In this document: positions 49,154-63,419 of the stretch, in pieces
Numbering within the stretch: position 1 is the first letter of the stretch
Layout: every line of letters starts with the position of its first letter
Origin: Octopus vulgaris
Taxonomy: Eukaryota
DNA: 64,000 nt
Assembly: GCA_951406725.2 (NCBI GenBank)
Contig: OX597824.1
Coordinates: 44,330,001-44,394,000 of the forward strand
Reading direction: 5' to 3'
Program-made: the position numbers and the translations under genes
Notes under the pieces: generated by a model
Database searches by the model: none
Seen by the model: only the letters and a program-made list of their open reading frames with translations
Told to the model about the DNA's origin: nothing

Positions 49154-52100
49154 ATTTACAGTTTCAAGCTGTTAATTAATGTCAGTGTTGTTGTTGTTTA
49201 GCTTGAGATCATCTCTGATCCATTGGACCTATAATCTAAGGCATTGCAGCTATGATTATATTTCCAAAGGAGTGTGATTTGAGAGAGATTTGGAGGTTAT
49301 TTTAGCAGGTTGATCAAATGTGTAGCTCCTTTGTTAATTTTACTAGGTGGGAAGAGTAGATTTCTAATGTAATTTTTAATTTTAAGAATGAACTTGCTAG
49401 TTTACTTTATATTGTGAGGTTGGTGTGACATTAAAATATTTTATTGAAAAAACAGAATTATTTTCTGTTACCTAAAAATGCAAATATACATACATTTGAC
49501 ACAATATTAACAACAATGTTCACAAATGAAAATAAATTTATGGAATTAAACTGTGTTGCTATGTACTTATGTATATGAACATATTCCTATGTCATTGATT
49601 TTTATTTTATAAATCATAGTTCAACCAGTATATGATATGTTGAATAGAGTTGGGTTGTGAACTTAATATCTAAATAATAAAAGAAAAACAGAAAGAAAAA
49701 TCCTTTTCTTTATTTTGTATAGTAATCATTGGTAATAAATAAATAAAAATAAAATAAAATAAATTGATTTCCTTAGCTCCAGTAGTTTCTGAGATATTGG
49801 AGCAGACACTCAAATAATCAATGAAGCAAACACATGTGATAAAACAGTGGTACCTAATTTTTGCATTGAGTAAGATGGCCTGCAGGATGTGGAACAATGG
49901 GTGCCACTATGACAGAATTTGTAGTTCGTTTGTTTGAAATTAATGTAATTGAAGCATCATTGATTCAGTGCATCTTTTATCTATGATGAGTTCAAGTTTT
50001 GTAAAGTCCTGACCATTAACACTAGATTTTAGCTATATTATCAAAATGTATTATCTAAACATTAGGATTTGGTTTATATTTATATACCAAAATTGATTTT
50101 ATTAGAAAAGTAATCTTTTTCTTCATTGTCTTTATATCAACTTTTCTCTATTTGAAAAATTTTTTTTCTTAACCTTTATTTTGGTCAGAGCAACTGTTTT
50201 TACTTTTGAATGTTCTTCCTATTACTAATCTGCAGGCTCCATTACAATTTGCTATGAAGTACAAGTGGAGACTATTTTGGGACATCAACTCCTTCTTATC
50301 TTCATCATTATATATTCAAAAGCATTGAACCATCTATTTTATTGATCACCTCTGAGGATGAAAGAAATTTGAACAAATGGGGTTACAGTCTATTACATAA
50401 TTATAAATATATATTTGTTTCAATATTAATATACTAGAGTGTTACCCCTTATATGGCAGATAACTTTGGAAGTAAACTTTTTCCACTATGTGTAATATCA
50501 GGAAATATGGCAAGCATACAGTAATTATAATTTGACTTCTATCAAATTTCTTGGTACTTATACAAAATGATGAAATGAATACTAATTTCCAAGAGAAAAC
50601 TATTTATTACTTTAAAATCAGTATTTTTGCACATTGTATGTATATATTTTTGTAGTATTGTGAGCATGTATGTGTGTAAGTATGTATGCAAGTACATGTT
50701 TATACATTTGGATGTGTCTGCCTTCACATACAGACACATTTTTGAGTGTGTCCATATTTGGTCTTACTTTATCTAATACAAATGTATTTTTCTGTTTACA
50801 TTTGATACAAACATAAACGTAAACATAGAGATGAATATAAACATTGTTTTACACTTTAAATTGTTTTACCTTTTCGATTGATGAGTCACATCATTATTAC
50901 ACAGTTTTCATTGGTTTTCAAATATCTTTTCAAATATGATATGCTTTAATTTCTTTCATAATACATTATAATTGACAGCCTCCCTTCCTCCACCTATTAC
51001 CTTTTCCACTACACTTTTTCTCTCCTCAACCTATCAATTTCTCTCCTACACTCTCTCTTCTCTACCCATCACCTTCTCTCTTTTACTCCCTCTACATAAC
51101 TTTTATTTCTTTTATAGCTTCTATATTTTATTTCTACTTTATCTTTTATGCTCTATTATACTGTTCTGTACTGTTGCACTTTTATTCTCTCTCTCTAACT
51201 ACTTTGTCCTTTTTATTCCCTCTGTGTAACATTCTTTATTCATTGCCTGCCACCAAGCCAAGTATGTGCACTCATCCTGCATCTCTTATGTTACCTGCTT
51301 CTGTTAACATCTATGCAATTTAACCAGTGCTCCTACCCCTACATTTAAGCATTGTAATACATATTCCTGTACACACTTCATATTTTACACTACCTTCACT
51401 TTTCTCATTTTCATTCAATTCACCCTTACCAGTCATTTCCCTTGTTGGGAAGTCCTGTAGCAGGACCATATTTTTTATCAGTAGATTGGTGACTAGTGAA
51501 AACAACAGAACCAACTGATGCTTAATTTATCAGATCCCAACTGTAAAAAAAAAAACAACATATAGGATTATCATGAACAATTTTGTCTTTGGTGCATTTT
51601 TTTTGACAGACCTTAGCTATATATATATATATATATATATATAGATGATGTGCCTGTAACTGATTAGTGGTGGTAACACAGCCAAGACTAATGGCTGTAG
51701 GAACCTATGCTACCCAACTTTAGCTATGGAAAGTGATGACTTCAGCTGTTTGCAATGATTATCAACATATAACGAAACATGAATCAACTCACTTGGTGTA
51801 CATATCGTTTTTCTGTTGTTCAGTGCAATTACAATACATTTTTCGTTAGTGGTAATAAACATTTTATATTTGGAACTTCACAGACTTTTGTTCTTCTGTC
51901 AACCAAGATATATCTTTGTTACACACACACACACACATTCTCCATCATATGGGTCACAGAATGGAGAACTTGTGATTATACACTACTACATGTAATTGTT
52001 GCTGCATTGTACTAGTGTTTGAAATATCTAATGTCTAAACATCCATAATTCTGTAACCAAGTTCATTTTCACATAGGCAACAAAGTTGAAATAATTGTAA

Positions 52101-53379
52101 AGGTTAAAATACAAAAATAATTTAATGTAACATTTTAAATATATACATATATAAATTAGTAAAAAAAAACTCTTTGTCAACTAAAGAAAGACAACTATTT
52201 GCCAAAGTAGAACTTAAGTAAAACCATTGCTTAGTCATTCATATACAACAAGCAGTGGACACAACTTGAGATTTAGAAAGTAATTAAGGTAGTTATCACA
52301 ACCCATTTTGTGAGAGCAGCTGTTCCTAGGTATTATAAGACATATAAATAAGAAAATTGATTTAAAAATGGAAAGAAAAAAAGTTTTGAAAATACAATAG
52401 CAAAAACAAATAAACTGTCATAAATTCCCTGCCTGCAAGAGCAAGTCCTAACAGTCACTAGTTGCTTAGTCATGTGCAGTGAATATAACTTAAAGCATAC
52501 TGATTCTATCGCATTACCCTCAGATTATTGGAAGAATCAAGTTTAATTTATCAAACAAATTAATATTCAGTGAATTTATGTGCCAAAGACTAAAACCAAA
52601 GAAGTTTAGGTTAATATTTTTGGGAAGCAATATTGTTTGTCAGTATTTATTTTGAGAGATAAAACTGATTACTTTTTTAGGAAGATATTTTTCTGAATAA
52701 TTTATGATTAATTCAATTTATTCCAATCTATTTCTCATAAGTGCAGTAATACAGATAAATCGTTACAGTTGATGCTTATGAAATGATCTTTTATAAGAGT
52801 TTTAGGTATTTTTAAGCTTTCAAGTTTAGAACATCTTACTACTGCAAAAATCACTAAAAATATCTAGTTCCAAATAAATACTGCATCTTTATATTTATTG
52901 ATAGTTTTTATAGCTTACTAGTTTACTTAAAAGATTTAAGATGAATACTTAGGCACAGTAGCAATTATACAGCGTTGTCAGAAGCATTGAATTGCAAAAA
53001 TATTAATTACTTGATATGATTTAAAGATAGAGTAGTTATTTATGAATATAAAAGTAATCTGTGGCACAAGTTGTGTCCTTGAAATGGCTAACTCACTGAC
53101 AGTAGTTTTACAAGTTACACACACACGAAGCCATTACGTATTGCTGCCAAAAACCATATAGTTGTAAAAGAGATTATGCATTGAAAATAGTAGCTAGTTT
53201 CAAAATAATATCCATTATAAATGAAAGAGGGTAATTAATATTTCATAAATAACATCTATTACAACTATATAATTAATATTTCAAGAAAACTTCTTTGGAT
53301 CCAAGAACTTTGGCAACATTTAATTTAGTGGCATTTAGTAATTTATGGCATTTTATATGAACAAAGTTGTTTCTGATGA

Positions 53380-53637
53380 CTACAACAGTATGTTAGACAA
53401 GCTGATTCCTTTTACACCATCATTGTTGATGATATAGGGGATTACTGTCTGTGGGATATGTGGAGCAAATACAACTTCAAGATTTCGGAAGCTCACATGT
53501 GGACCAAACAGTTCAATAACACTTGGAGGCAGAGCAGTTTGTTCAACTTTGGTCAACTGAATGCGCGTTGTTAAATGATTGGCCCAAGACAGGCCCAAGC
53601 AAGGAATGTTACTGTTTGATTTTTCTGATGCTGTTAC
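53380..53637 (-). CDS. XRCC3: XRCC3-like RAD51 paralog, terminal coding exon
   Basis: Acceptor tttctcttgcag|GTA. Translates VTASEKSNSNIPCLGLSWANHLTTRIQL...RNLEVVFAPHIP...DGVKGI...*. Joining in phase 0 to the upstream exon restores the conserved NQ|V. PxLGLxWAN and R.L.V.FAPH.P are typical of XRCC3. Confidence 0.88.
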   Translation of the reverse strand, partial: VTASEKSNSNIPCLGLSWANHLTTRIQLTKVEQTALPPSVIELFGPHVSFRNLEVVFAPHIPQTVIPYIINNDGVKGISLSNILL

Positions 53638-53719
53638 CTGCAAGAGAAATAAGTAAAAAAATTGTAAACTTTTAGACTGATATATATTTTTTTATTCTTA
53701 AAATGTTAATGTTGCAGAC

Positions 53720-55070
53720 TTAAGACTTTTGTTACCATATTTTTGTTGTAATATACTGATTTTGTTTCAATTAATTTTTAAAATAACGAAACACTTTGTA
53801 AAATAACTTCATTCAAACCGTTTGCGAGTATGATGTGGAGCAAACGCAGATCTGTTGTTAGCAACAGCGTCAAAGCAGGGGAAGCAGAGAGAAGAGAGCT
53901 TCATTTGATCCGATGTATTCAACAAGGACAGATAACGAGATGGGAAGAACATGTTGTTGAGAGGTAAATAAGTTGGTATGAGATATGGAAGTGGACCACA
54001 TCTTGGCTAAGTTTTCTGATTCGTTCATCCTATGATGTTTTGCTATCACCTACAAATCTAGTAAGATGGAATGTCTCAGAGAATGACATATGCAAATGCA
54101 AAAAGGTCAGAACACTGAAACATATTCTTTCCAACTGTTCATTAGCATTGAACAGGTATACATGGAGACACAACCTCATCCTTAATGTTATCTTCAATGC
54201 TATAAAGAACCAAATTGATCTCAACAACATTGAGAAAAAAACCGTTGAAAGTACCAACTAGAGATTTCATTACCTTCGTGCGCTCAAGTCACCAGATTCG
54301 TTTCAAGAAGAAGAAAAAAACTTCCTGTGAGAGATGAAAAGTAGAATGGCAATTGGGAGATGACTGCAGATTTACCAGGGTGCCAAGGACTCTTTCCCAT
54401 CCCAGTTATGAGAAAAACAAACATTTTAATGTGGTGTGAAGGAAAGAAAGTTGTAAATCTAGTTGAGTTAATGGTTCCTTATGAAGATAACATGGATGCC
54501 ATTTGGGCTCGAGAGGTTGACCGTTATGTAAACCTCCTCGAGGAATGTGAAGAAGCAGGCTAGAAAGCATAGCATTTTCCAATCGAAGTCAGATGTAGAG
54601 AGTTTGTTGGACAGAGTGTGAGACGACTGTTGTTATCATTAGGCCTAACTCATTGTAAGGTAAATACCACCATGACCAATACCCAGACTACAGTGGAAAA
54701 GGCTAGCCACTAGACTAGGTTAAAAAGGGACGATGAGCGATGGCTAGAGAAATATTGAGCTATATTTAATAACCAGTTGATCTAGCAAGTGGGGCCTCAT
54801 ATAAGTGAGGGGAGCTTGTGCGTATTGATGCTGTCAAGAGGTAGGCCCCGAAACGGCATGCATTCTCTCCTGATGACCCCATACACTTACTGGCTTCTGG
54901 TATGCAGGGTTCTTGACTGGTAGTACTTGCATGTGCAAGTTGTTTGCAAGACATCAGCTAGTGTTTGAAACATAAATTAACATGAAATATTGATGGAAGG
55001 GTTAAGTTTGGATAATTTTATATTTTATGGCACCAGGGGTAGTCTTGGAAGGGTTGGCCTCAGAAAGGTC
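53720..55070. mobile_element. piggyBac-type MITE (family of 19115-19335) split by a nested retroelement
   Basis: ttttgttaccatattt...aaaataactt matches the reverse of the 19115 element. Homology resumes at agctagtgtttgaaacataaatt (~54957). Confidence 0.6.
53815..54955 (+). mobile_element. HERO-like (RLE-type) non-LTR retrotransposon 3' fragment
   Basis: SFLIRSSYDVLLSPTNL.RW...CKC...TLKHILSNC.LALNRYTWRHN (CCHC) and LVELMVPYEDN...FPIEV.CR.FVG (RLE). Confidence 0.75.
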
Positions 55071-55551
55071 ACATTTTTTTTAAAGATTCAGATTAACTAT
55101 GAAATATATTTAACATGGTAACTTTATAGTTACAAAAATTCAGAAGATGTAAGCAATTTTTATATACGAAAATCTATTTAATCCTTTAGCATTCAGATTA
55201 CTTTGTTAAACGTAATGCTTATTTAGTCACTCTATCTTGAATTAATCATCTTGTGGTTTCAAGATTTCAATAATGTGATTGTTTATTTTTACTATGACAT
55301 TATAGAGCAGGTATGAGACGTTGGATCTGACCAGTTTGAACACAAAAGAAGCAGAATATTTTGGTTGGATATGGCTAGTTTAAATGCACAAATAGATATT
55401 CTTCTGATTCTTTATCCTCATATACTTTAATTTATCCTCATATACTTTATTCAATATGCCATGTTGATATGGTACAGCAGTTTGTAAGCCATTGCTGCTA
55501 CAATTATATCTCTGGTCAAGGCATATAACTCATAATGTTCACCTCACTCTG

Positions 55552-55640
55552 AGTCACCTATCTCCAACAGTGAACCAGTTATGCCATACACAACTTCAGT
55601 TGTGTGTGGTATAGTTGGTTCACTGCTGGAGGTAGTGGCT
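55552..55640. repeat. ~43-bp-arm hairpin
   Basis: agtcacctatctccaacagtgaaccagttatgccatacacaac-ttca-gttgtgtgtggtatagttggttcactgctggaggtagtggct. Confidence 0.8.
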
Positions 55641-56537
55641 GTTTGGTAAAATCAGAATTAACAAAATTATCACAGTGGTATTGAGTTTAGCTCCAAACAG
55701 AAGTGTGGAGGGAACAAGAAGTCACTTCAGGTTATTCTAGTCAACTAACTATATGAAGACCAGGTGCACCAGTGTACAAAATCTCAAACACAACTGTTGC
55801 ACAAAAAAAAGATATGATTTTGTAATGCAATCTCTCAAATTATAAGCTAATTCCAGCAGTCCATCACTGAATCTTTCTATCAAGCTGTTCTGTTTCACAC
55901 CAATCTTCTTCTTAGTAAAGAATGAATGAAACATTTAGTGCTTAGAGCACAACACAGTAATGTTAACTGTGTTACTGAAGCCACTGCTATGTTACTTAAA
56001 CAACTATATTTTGACCATAATTTAAAAAACAGCTACACACATTGCAGTGACCACCAATATTGCATTCATGATAATGATCACCAAACTTGTAGCACAGGTA
56101 ATGCTATTGATTTTCTCAGGGTACAGCAGAGCTCTTGCCATTGGGCAATGGTCATTATACCACCATATAATAAGTGCAAGAATTGAGTAAAAAGAAAAAC
56201 AAAAACAAAAGGACAAATAGTCAATTTTGAAATAAGTTGTGGCCTTAAGGCATACAGTCCAAACCCTACATAGTTTTATATTTTATACACTATTACAATA
56301 TACAACACCAAACAAAACAATACTATAAATAGTCTATATGTGGTTGTCTGACCTGCTAGAAATAACAACCAAACTGCCACCAAATCATACATTACTAGAC
56401 AATGTTATTTCAGTTGTTCAAAATGATAGGGTGGTTAAGGCTGGAATGCTTTTGATCATAGTCCTGCTCAATGAAGATTAATCTGGGATTGAACAACAAC
56501 AGTAACACTACATTCCCTATATTATATGGTTCACAGG

Positions 56538-56568
<31 letters not shown>

Positions 56569-58156
56569 CACACATACACATGGAGACGTACACAAAGAAA
56601 TACCACAATATTTCAAGGCCATCACACTTCTATAATTCATGTATTACTATTCCATAAAGCTGTTTGCAACAACAACAAGAGCACTTTTGACAGCATACAA
56701 ACACACAGCTCTTCAGTTGACAAACACCTTATTCATTGCGCCCATTGCCACTCTTCTTTAACCCAATGTTCTAGATGTTTTGTTGATTTATAAATTATTA
56801 TTATACTTCCACAAATTTGGTGTCAGCAGCTGACCCCCCTCCCCCCACCCCGGGAATAAAAAAAAACACAACAATAACCAGTAGAGGAACATTGCTAATT
56901 ACGCTGTCAAAACTGTGACAATTAGTAAATTCTATCATAGCTACAGGTAAAACTAACAGCCTTGACATACTAACAATGCTATTGTTTCTGGGAGAAATTT
57001 TATTGAAAATTCTCCAGCTAAAAAGAATGAAAAAAGCAAATGATATAAACTAAATTGAAAAAACAAAAAGAAAACTTTTTTTTTCACACAGTCAGTCCAC
57101 TATTTCTTTTGTGTCACAGGAGAAATTTTATTTAACAGTCACACACTGGAGACTTACTCATCAGTTAATCATTACAGGAACTTTTAGAACAATAGAAACT
57201 TTCTACAAACATTGACATAAGCATACATCAAACACCACACATCTTACATATCATACACACACAAGCGTGTGCATGCATACACTCAAGTATACAAAATTTC
57301 TATTATCTATAAATTATACGTGTATTCACATGTATACAACACACATAAACTTAAATAATTAACACACACACACTCATACACACACATATGTACACACAAA
57401 TACACTCATGCTTACATACATTCAAATGCATGTATGCTTTACATACATACACAAACACACATAGGAGTATTTTGACAAAAAATTTGATCCTGGATAGCAA
57501 CAGTGTTATATAACGTATGACAACATCAAGTTACAATAAAGTGCTGAGTGGGTAATGTGATTTATTAGACTGTTATATTTGAAGTGTCTCTGAATATACA
57601 TGTGTCACTGTTGCATAACTAGAACTGTTGTCCGTTGATGGATGTTTCTGTTGAGAAAAGATTTACTAATTTAATGAGAAAGTTTCCAAAAGTTTACATT
57701 GATTTTCATTTTTTAGTTAAAGTGGAGTAGGGAGGGGGATTGCAGTATTATTACAGAAATTCTATCAGCCTAATTTGGTATGTGTAAGGTGAATCTCCCT
57801 GCAGCATTATGAAAAGGTGTCCATTGAGATTTGTGTAAGTTATACCAATATAGGTACATTTAGAATACTTGATAATTGTGATGTGTGCTTGAAAATTTGT
57901 AAATCAAGTTTGTTGCTTGTATGAGTTTACATGTTATTGCAGGCAGCTGTTTTGCAAATCTAAGCATTATCATGTGTAAAAAAAATTTGTAAAGTTGATT
58001 GCTTCTAGCGTATGTAATAAAATTGAAGATTGCAGATAGTGATGGTATATGTATGAGTTATTCTGTTTAATGCTGTTTCAGAAAGTACCTTTATCTGACT
58101 GTAATTGAAGTGCATTTAGTTTAATTAAAATAAAATTAGAAAAATGTTTATGTATA

Positions 58157-61070
58157 TGTTATACCCTTAAAATGTTGGATTGTTATAATGCCCACTTCAG
58201 TATACAGTATATTTAGTAAAATCAGTAAAGACACGACTACTTCTGACCACCTACTATGTATTCAGGTACTTCACGTACTTCTCTTTACTTATAGTAACTA
58301 GGTTATTCCATTCGTCATGTGGGAGAGGTGTACCATTATTCCCTACAACATCTCCTCTTTTAAGTTTTTCTTAGGAAGTGTTATTTTATTGAGCAATAGT
58401 TTTTTTATTCACTCCATCTCCTTTTTGAATTTTTTTTTCTGTACGATTTAATATTTTTTCGTTTGGCATCTATTTTCAGGAACTCTGTATGTTTTCTTTT
58501 CCTCTCACTTGTACACCTGGGTTCAATCACCTGCAGTGGCATTGGTACTTAGAATGTATCGTACAACCATTCCATCAGTTCCTCCAACTTCTTTTGTTCG
58601 TTTTTCACAAATCTCTTTTTCAGTTGGTTCCTGTGTCTCTTTTGTATGCCTTTTCTATTTTTTACCCAATACATCATTTTAACTCTGCATTTGATAATTA
58701 TGCCATCTTCTCAACTCTGCTTTCCATTCTTGTATGCCCTCATATACACCTTATCACCAACTTTAAAGAATCTTGCTATGTCTTTCCTGGTACATTTTCT
58801 TTTCTTGCCAGGTAGCAATTTATCAAAGACTGAGTTTAATTATCTCAGAAACACCAGCACAGATTTGGTGTCACACATTGCACTCTTAAAAATTGTTGTA
58901 GAGCTATCTCATCTGTGACTTCCTAATTCGATTTTCTAAGGGCTCTTTTGAAGGTATTAACAAAGTGCTCTGCCAGTCCATTAGATTTGGGATGGTATGG
59001 TGCTCTAGTTATATGGTCTACCACAAACATTTCACAAAATTTTTAAAATTCACTAGACACAAATTGTATTCCATTGTCAGATGCTATCTTGTCTGGGATG
59101 GCAAATCTTGCAAACAATTCATGTAAAAAATTTATCACAGTTGAGGAGGTTGGTTTTTTATACTTACAAATTCCTGGCCATTTTGAGAAGCTATCAACTA
59201 TCACTAAAGGACCAACAAAATCGATGTGTAGTCTTGACCACGGAACATCTACTTTTTATCACAGGCAATTTTTCATTTCATTTTGGCTTACATACAAGTG
59301 TTCCACTCTGTTTTACTGCAATTTTTTGTTTCAGTCCCTCAGCCACATTCGAACCTTCGATTGAACTGACTATATTTCTACACAAAACACTTATGGGCAT
59401 ATTCTGTACTTTGAATAGTTCCATCCATTCTGTGCCCAATAAATTAAGCAAACTTTTTAACACATATATCTTTGCCTTTTTTGTTTGACCTCAAAATGTT
59501 TTTGCTTGACCTCATACGAATTCACTAAAAAAATATAATCTTTTTCCCATAACACCATGTACTACCTTTTCCGATTTAATTAATTTTGGCTTAACATATT
59601 TCCAAGATCTTTTTAATTTATAATGGTGATATCACTTCCAGTGTCTAATTTCATTTGAACAATTATATTTCTGATTTTCACCTTCATGAATTTCTCATAG
59701 TTATGTTACCAATTTCTTCTGATGACATACTATTTATCCTTTGTTCTGACATTTTGTCATCTTCATTCTACAGTGCATCTTTATATGTCCTACATTACAA
59801 CAACAAAAGCACTCTGCTTTTTTAAATGGACAATTTTTCCTCTGGTGTATACCTCCACATGGAAAATATAGGTTTATTTCCTGAATTTTGTTGTATTTTT
59901 TAGAAAACAATTTATCTCTATTCTGACTATTGCTTTACTTGGAAACACTCTTTACATTCAATTTTCTCTGTGTCGTGTCTTAATTTGACTATCCTTTCAC
60001 ATTCTTCTGATACTTGCTGTTCGGTTACATCCTGGTTTTGTTCCAGTTTTGCGAGAATTCTAGTTCTAACTTCTGCATCTCTTCTGGCAGTAAGTCCCCA
60101 TGTAAAAATCAGGCATTTGAACATATTTGACATTAATTCATCCAGCTTAAACTTCTTGCATTCCCTGTTAACTCTACCACTATATGCGATGTAGTCCTCA
60201 TTGTTGTTTTTCTCTATGTTCAGATACTTTCAATGTGTGTTGAAGAATGAGCTTTTTCACTGAAAATTTTACACAATATATCTATTGTGTCATTAAAGTT
60301 TATGTCTGAAGTTTTTCTAGGGAGTACATAATTACTGTATTGTTCATGTTCTGTTGCTGCTAGTTTTCTCAAGATTAAGTGTTTTCATCTCGTCATCCCA
60401 ATCTTTACATTCTTTCTTGAAGATTTTCTCATATCTTCTGTTGTATGCTTTGAAGGTAACTCCTTTGTCAGGTTCAGATTTGAACTCTGTTATGGAGTTT
60501 GCGACATAGTCTGTCAAGGACACGTTTTCTAATTTTCCTGATGACTTAATTGCAGCATTTGTTGCTGTAATATTATTTGTTGTTGTTGTTACTTTTGTTG
60601 TTGCTCTTGCAACTGTATCTGCTGCTGTTGTTCTTTCAGTTGTTGTTGTTGGTGGTGTTGTTGCTTCAGCTGTTGTTACTGTTTTTGCAACTTGAGCAAA
60701 CTGGCCAACAAATTTTCCATAATATTATGATTTATTTTCGTAAAATTCACACAACAAAAACTTTTGTGAGTTTGTTAACCCCTCGTGAGTTGTTAATTCC
60801 TTGTGAGTTGTTAAAATCCTCATTGAGTTCATTAATTCCTCTTGAGTTGTTTAAATCCTTGTCACCACTGTTACAGCCTTAACATGTTGGATTGTTATAA
60901 TGCCCACTTCGGTATCCAGTATACTTAGTAAAACCAGTAAAGATATGACTATCTCTGACCGCCTACTACGTACTCTCGGTACTTCATGTACTTCTCTTTA
61001 TTTATAGAGACTAGGTTATTTTATTTGTCATGTGGGAGGGATGCATCATTATTACTAATTCCCTAGAACA
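58157..61070 (-). mobile_element. internally deleted Gypsy LTR retrotransposon in the XRCC3 intron
   Basis: LTRs 58157-58350 and 60869-61070 (TG...CA). PBS tggtgacaagga, PPT aaaagaggaga, TSD gtata/gtaaa. Remnants of gag (FKCLIFTWGL...RTRIL), protease (LDTGS) and integrase (SDNG, YHPKSNGLAEHFV) are present. No RT/RNase H seen. Confidence 0.88.
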
Positions 61071-61640
61071 GTAAAGTATGTGATTAAGATAAACTGGCCA
61101 AATAAATTAAGATAAACTGGTCAAGTAGATTACCTACTTATAGCTTGTATACTCAAATTAAACTGCTGGAATTTTGTTGAGTTCCAGGAAAGACATTTTA
61201 TTCTACATAGCTTCAGTTCACATATCTATTGGGTAACAGTCCCTAGATAATGTAGGAAAGCTGTTTGTCATAAACTGATGTCTGGTTTTGGGAGAGATGT
61301 ATCTCTCACCAGCTTAATGCCATGAAACCAAAGTTAAGAACTAATTGTCAAATGGACCTTACAATATCTCAGAAACATTTTATTACTTTATGTATATTGT
61401 CAGTTATTTGTTGGTCATTGTAATCCAAGATTTTTATCTTGAACAGTGCTATAAAACCTTAATGAATATATTCTAATAACCTTTATTAATTTATGTAATC
61501 TTGATTCCCCCTTATATTTATGTGTACAATCTTGTGGAAAGTATATGAAGTATGCATTTAGATGATAATAATAAGGATACAGAAACATAATGAACACTAA
61601 CACAAAATAGAATCTGAAAAGATAAGTAATTCATGCTCAC

Positions 61641-61853
61641 CTGATTTACACACATTACAGGTATATTGTAATGCATGTTTACATGATGCAATTCTTTAGC
61701 GATGCTGGACAAGTGCTTGGAGCGCAGTAATGTATCTTCAATAGCATACTCTGAACGGAATAAAGCAGCAACAGAATCCAACACTATAAGTTTGATCTTT
61801 CTTCTCTTTATTAGAACAGGCAACTTTCTTTCAAGGCACACAATAAGACTTTC
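61641..61853 (-). CDS. XRCC3: XRCC3-like RAD51 paralog, internal coding exon (213 nt, phase 0/0)
   Basis: Minus strand reads ttttcttcag|GAA...CAG|gtgagc. It translates ESLIVCLERKLPVLIKRRKIKLIVLDSVAALFRSEY...IPVMCVNQ, with a RecA/RAD51 Walker B (LIVLDSVAALFR) and the CVNQ motif. Confidence 0.9.
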
Positions 61854-62147
61854 CTGAAGAAAATGTTATAATTTAATAATTTCATATGAACTGCATAAAA
61901 TAAATGGGATAAACACAGAGCATAGAAAATCAGAACAATGCTTTATGTTTTTTAGTTTGATACATTTCTGAATAAAAATTCTACCAGTGGCCACTGGTCA
62001 AGTGGATAAGGAAAATACCAGCCTTAATTTAGAAACCAAAATTCCTAGTTAGATTCTAGTCAACAACCATGTGCCAATTCAGGAATAAGGCACCTAAAGA
62101 CAACTAGAGACCAAACTGGAGATTAAGCCATACTGAAGATATAAATA

Positions 62148-62342
62148 TTGGTTTTAAGTTCTGGCACAAGGCCAAGGAGTTTGGGGAAGGGAGTAAGTCA
62201 ATTACATCGACCCTGCTATTCAACTGGTGCTTATTTTATCAACTTCGAAAAAATGAAAGGCAAAGTCAACCTCGGTGGAACGGGAACTCAGAATGTGAAG
62301 ATAGACAAAATGCAGCCAGGCAATTTGTCTGCTTGCTGCCTT
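62148..62342 (-). mobile_element. SINE family A
   Basis: aaaatgaaaggcaaagtcaacctcggtggaa...actcagaatg. Confidence 0.72.
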
Positions 62343-62891
62343 ACTGAAGATATAAATATTGAAAATATATATTGTAAAGATGAAGTCAAAAGTCCAGAAA
62401 ATTGTTATCTTGTCAATGGATCAAAAGATTAAAAATTTAAACTTTACTGATGTTGACTTTGCTTTACGTCATTCTTGTGTCATTAGAATAAGTATTAATA
62501 TTTAAGAGGAGGCAAATTCAATTGATTATAGACCTCAAAAATTGAGAAATAAAGGCCATGCATTTTTGGATATATCTTTTATCTTTTACTTGTTTCAGTC
62601 ATTAGACAGCAGCCATGCTAAGGCACCATGTTGAGGAATTTTTAGTCAAATGAATTAAGCCCCCAGTACTTACACTTGTCCAAAGTGCTGTGCAGTGGGA
62701 CTGAACTCAGAACCATGTGTTTGGGAAGCAAGGTTCTAACTACACACATGCACAAGTCACAGTATCAACCAAACTATTATATATTATACACTGCTGTTCA
62801 CAATGTACTTCCTTGCATTGATGTAGCATTCAAACAAGGTACCATACCACTAGTTAGATAGGCAGACCAAATGTGTGTTTGTGTGTGTGTA

Positions 62892-63045
62892 TCATCATCA
62901 TCATCATTTGACATCCATTTTCCATGCTGGCATGGGTTGGACGGTTTGACCAGAGCTGCTAAGGCCAGGGTTGTACTTGACTCCATTGTCTGTTCTGGCA
63001 TGGTTTCTACAGCTGGATGCCTTTCCTAACACTAACCACTCCATT
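62892..63045 (-). mobile_element. RTE 3' tail fragment
   Basis: (atc)n...ttccatgctggcatgggttgga...agctggatgcctttcctaac. Confidence 0.75.
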
Positions 63046-63419
63046 GTGTGTGTGTGTGTATGTGTATAGTGGCTATGAACTATGCAACATTTCAAGCAAT
63101 TTTCAATGCTTCATTTTAATGTTCTTTTGGGTCGGTTTAGAAAAGTAATTACAGCTTTGAAATAACAAATGAATGACAATAAATGATTACATTTGAATTG
63201 GTCAAAGCTTCCTTTGTACTTAAGGAATAGAGAAATACTGTATTTCCTGGTTCATAAAATACACACTTTATTGTGGAAAAAATTCCCAAATGTCATCCTG
63301 CATCTTATCAGGTTCTAGACTGGAGTTTGTTAGCTGGGTCCAGTTCTCACTAGAACTCAAGTTTTGTAATATAAGTGTACAGTTACAATTCACATGTAAT
63401 TAACTAGTATTATATAAGA

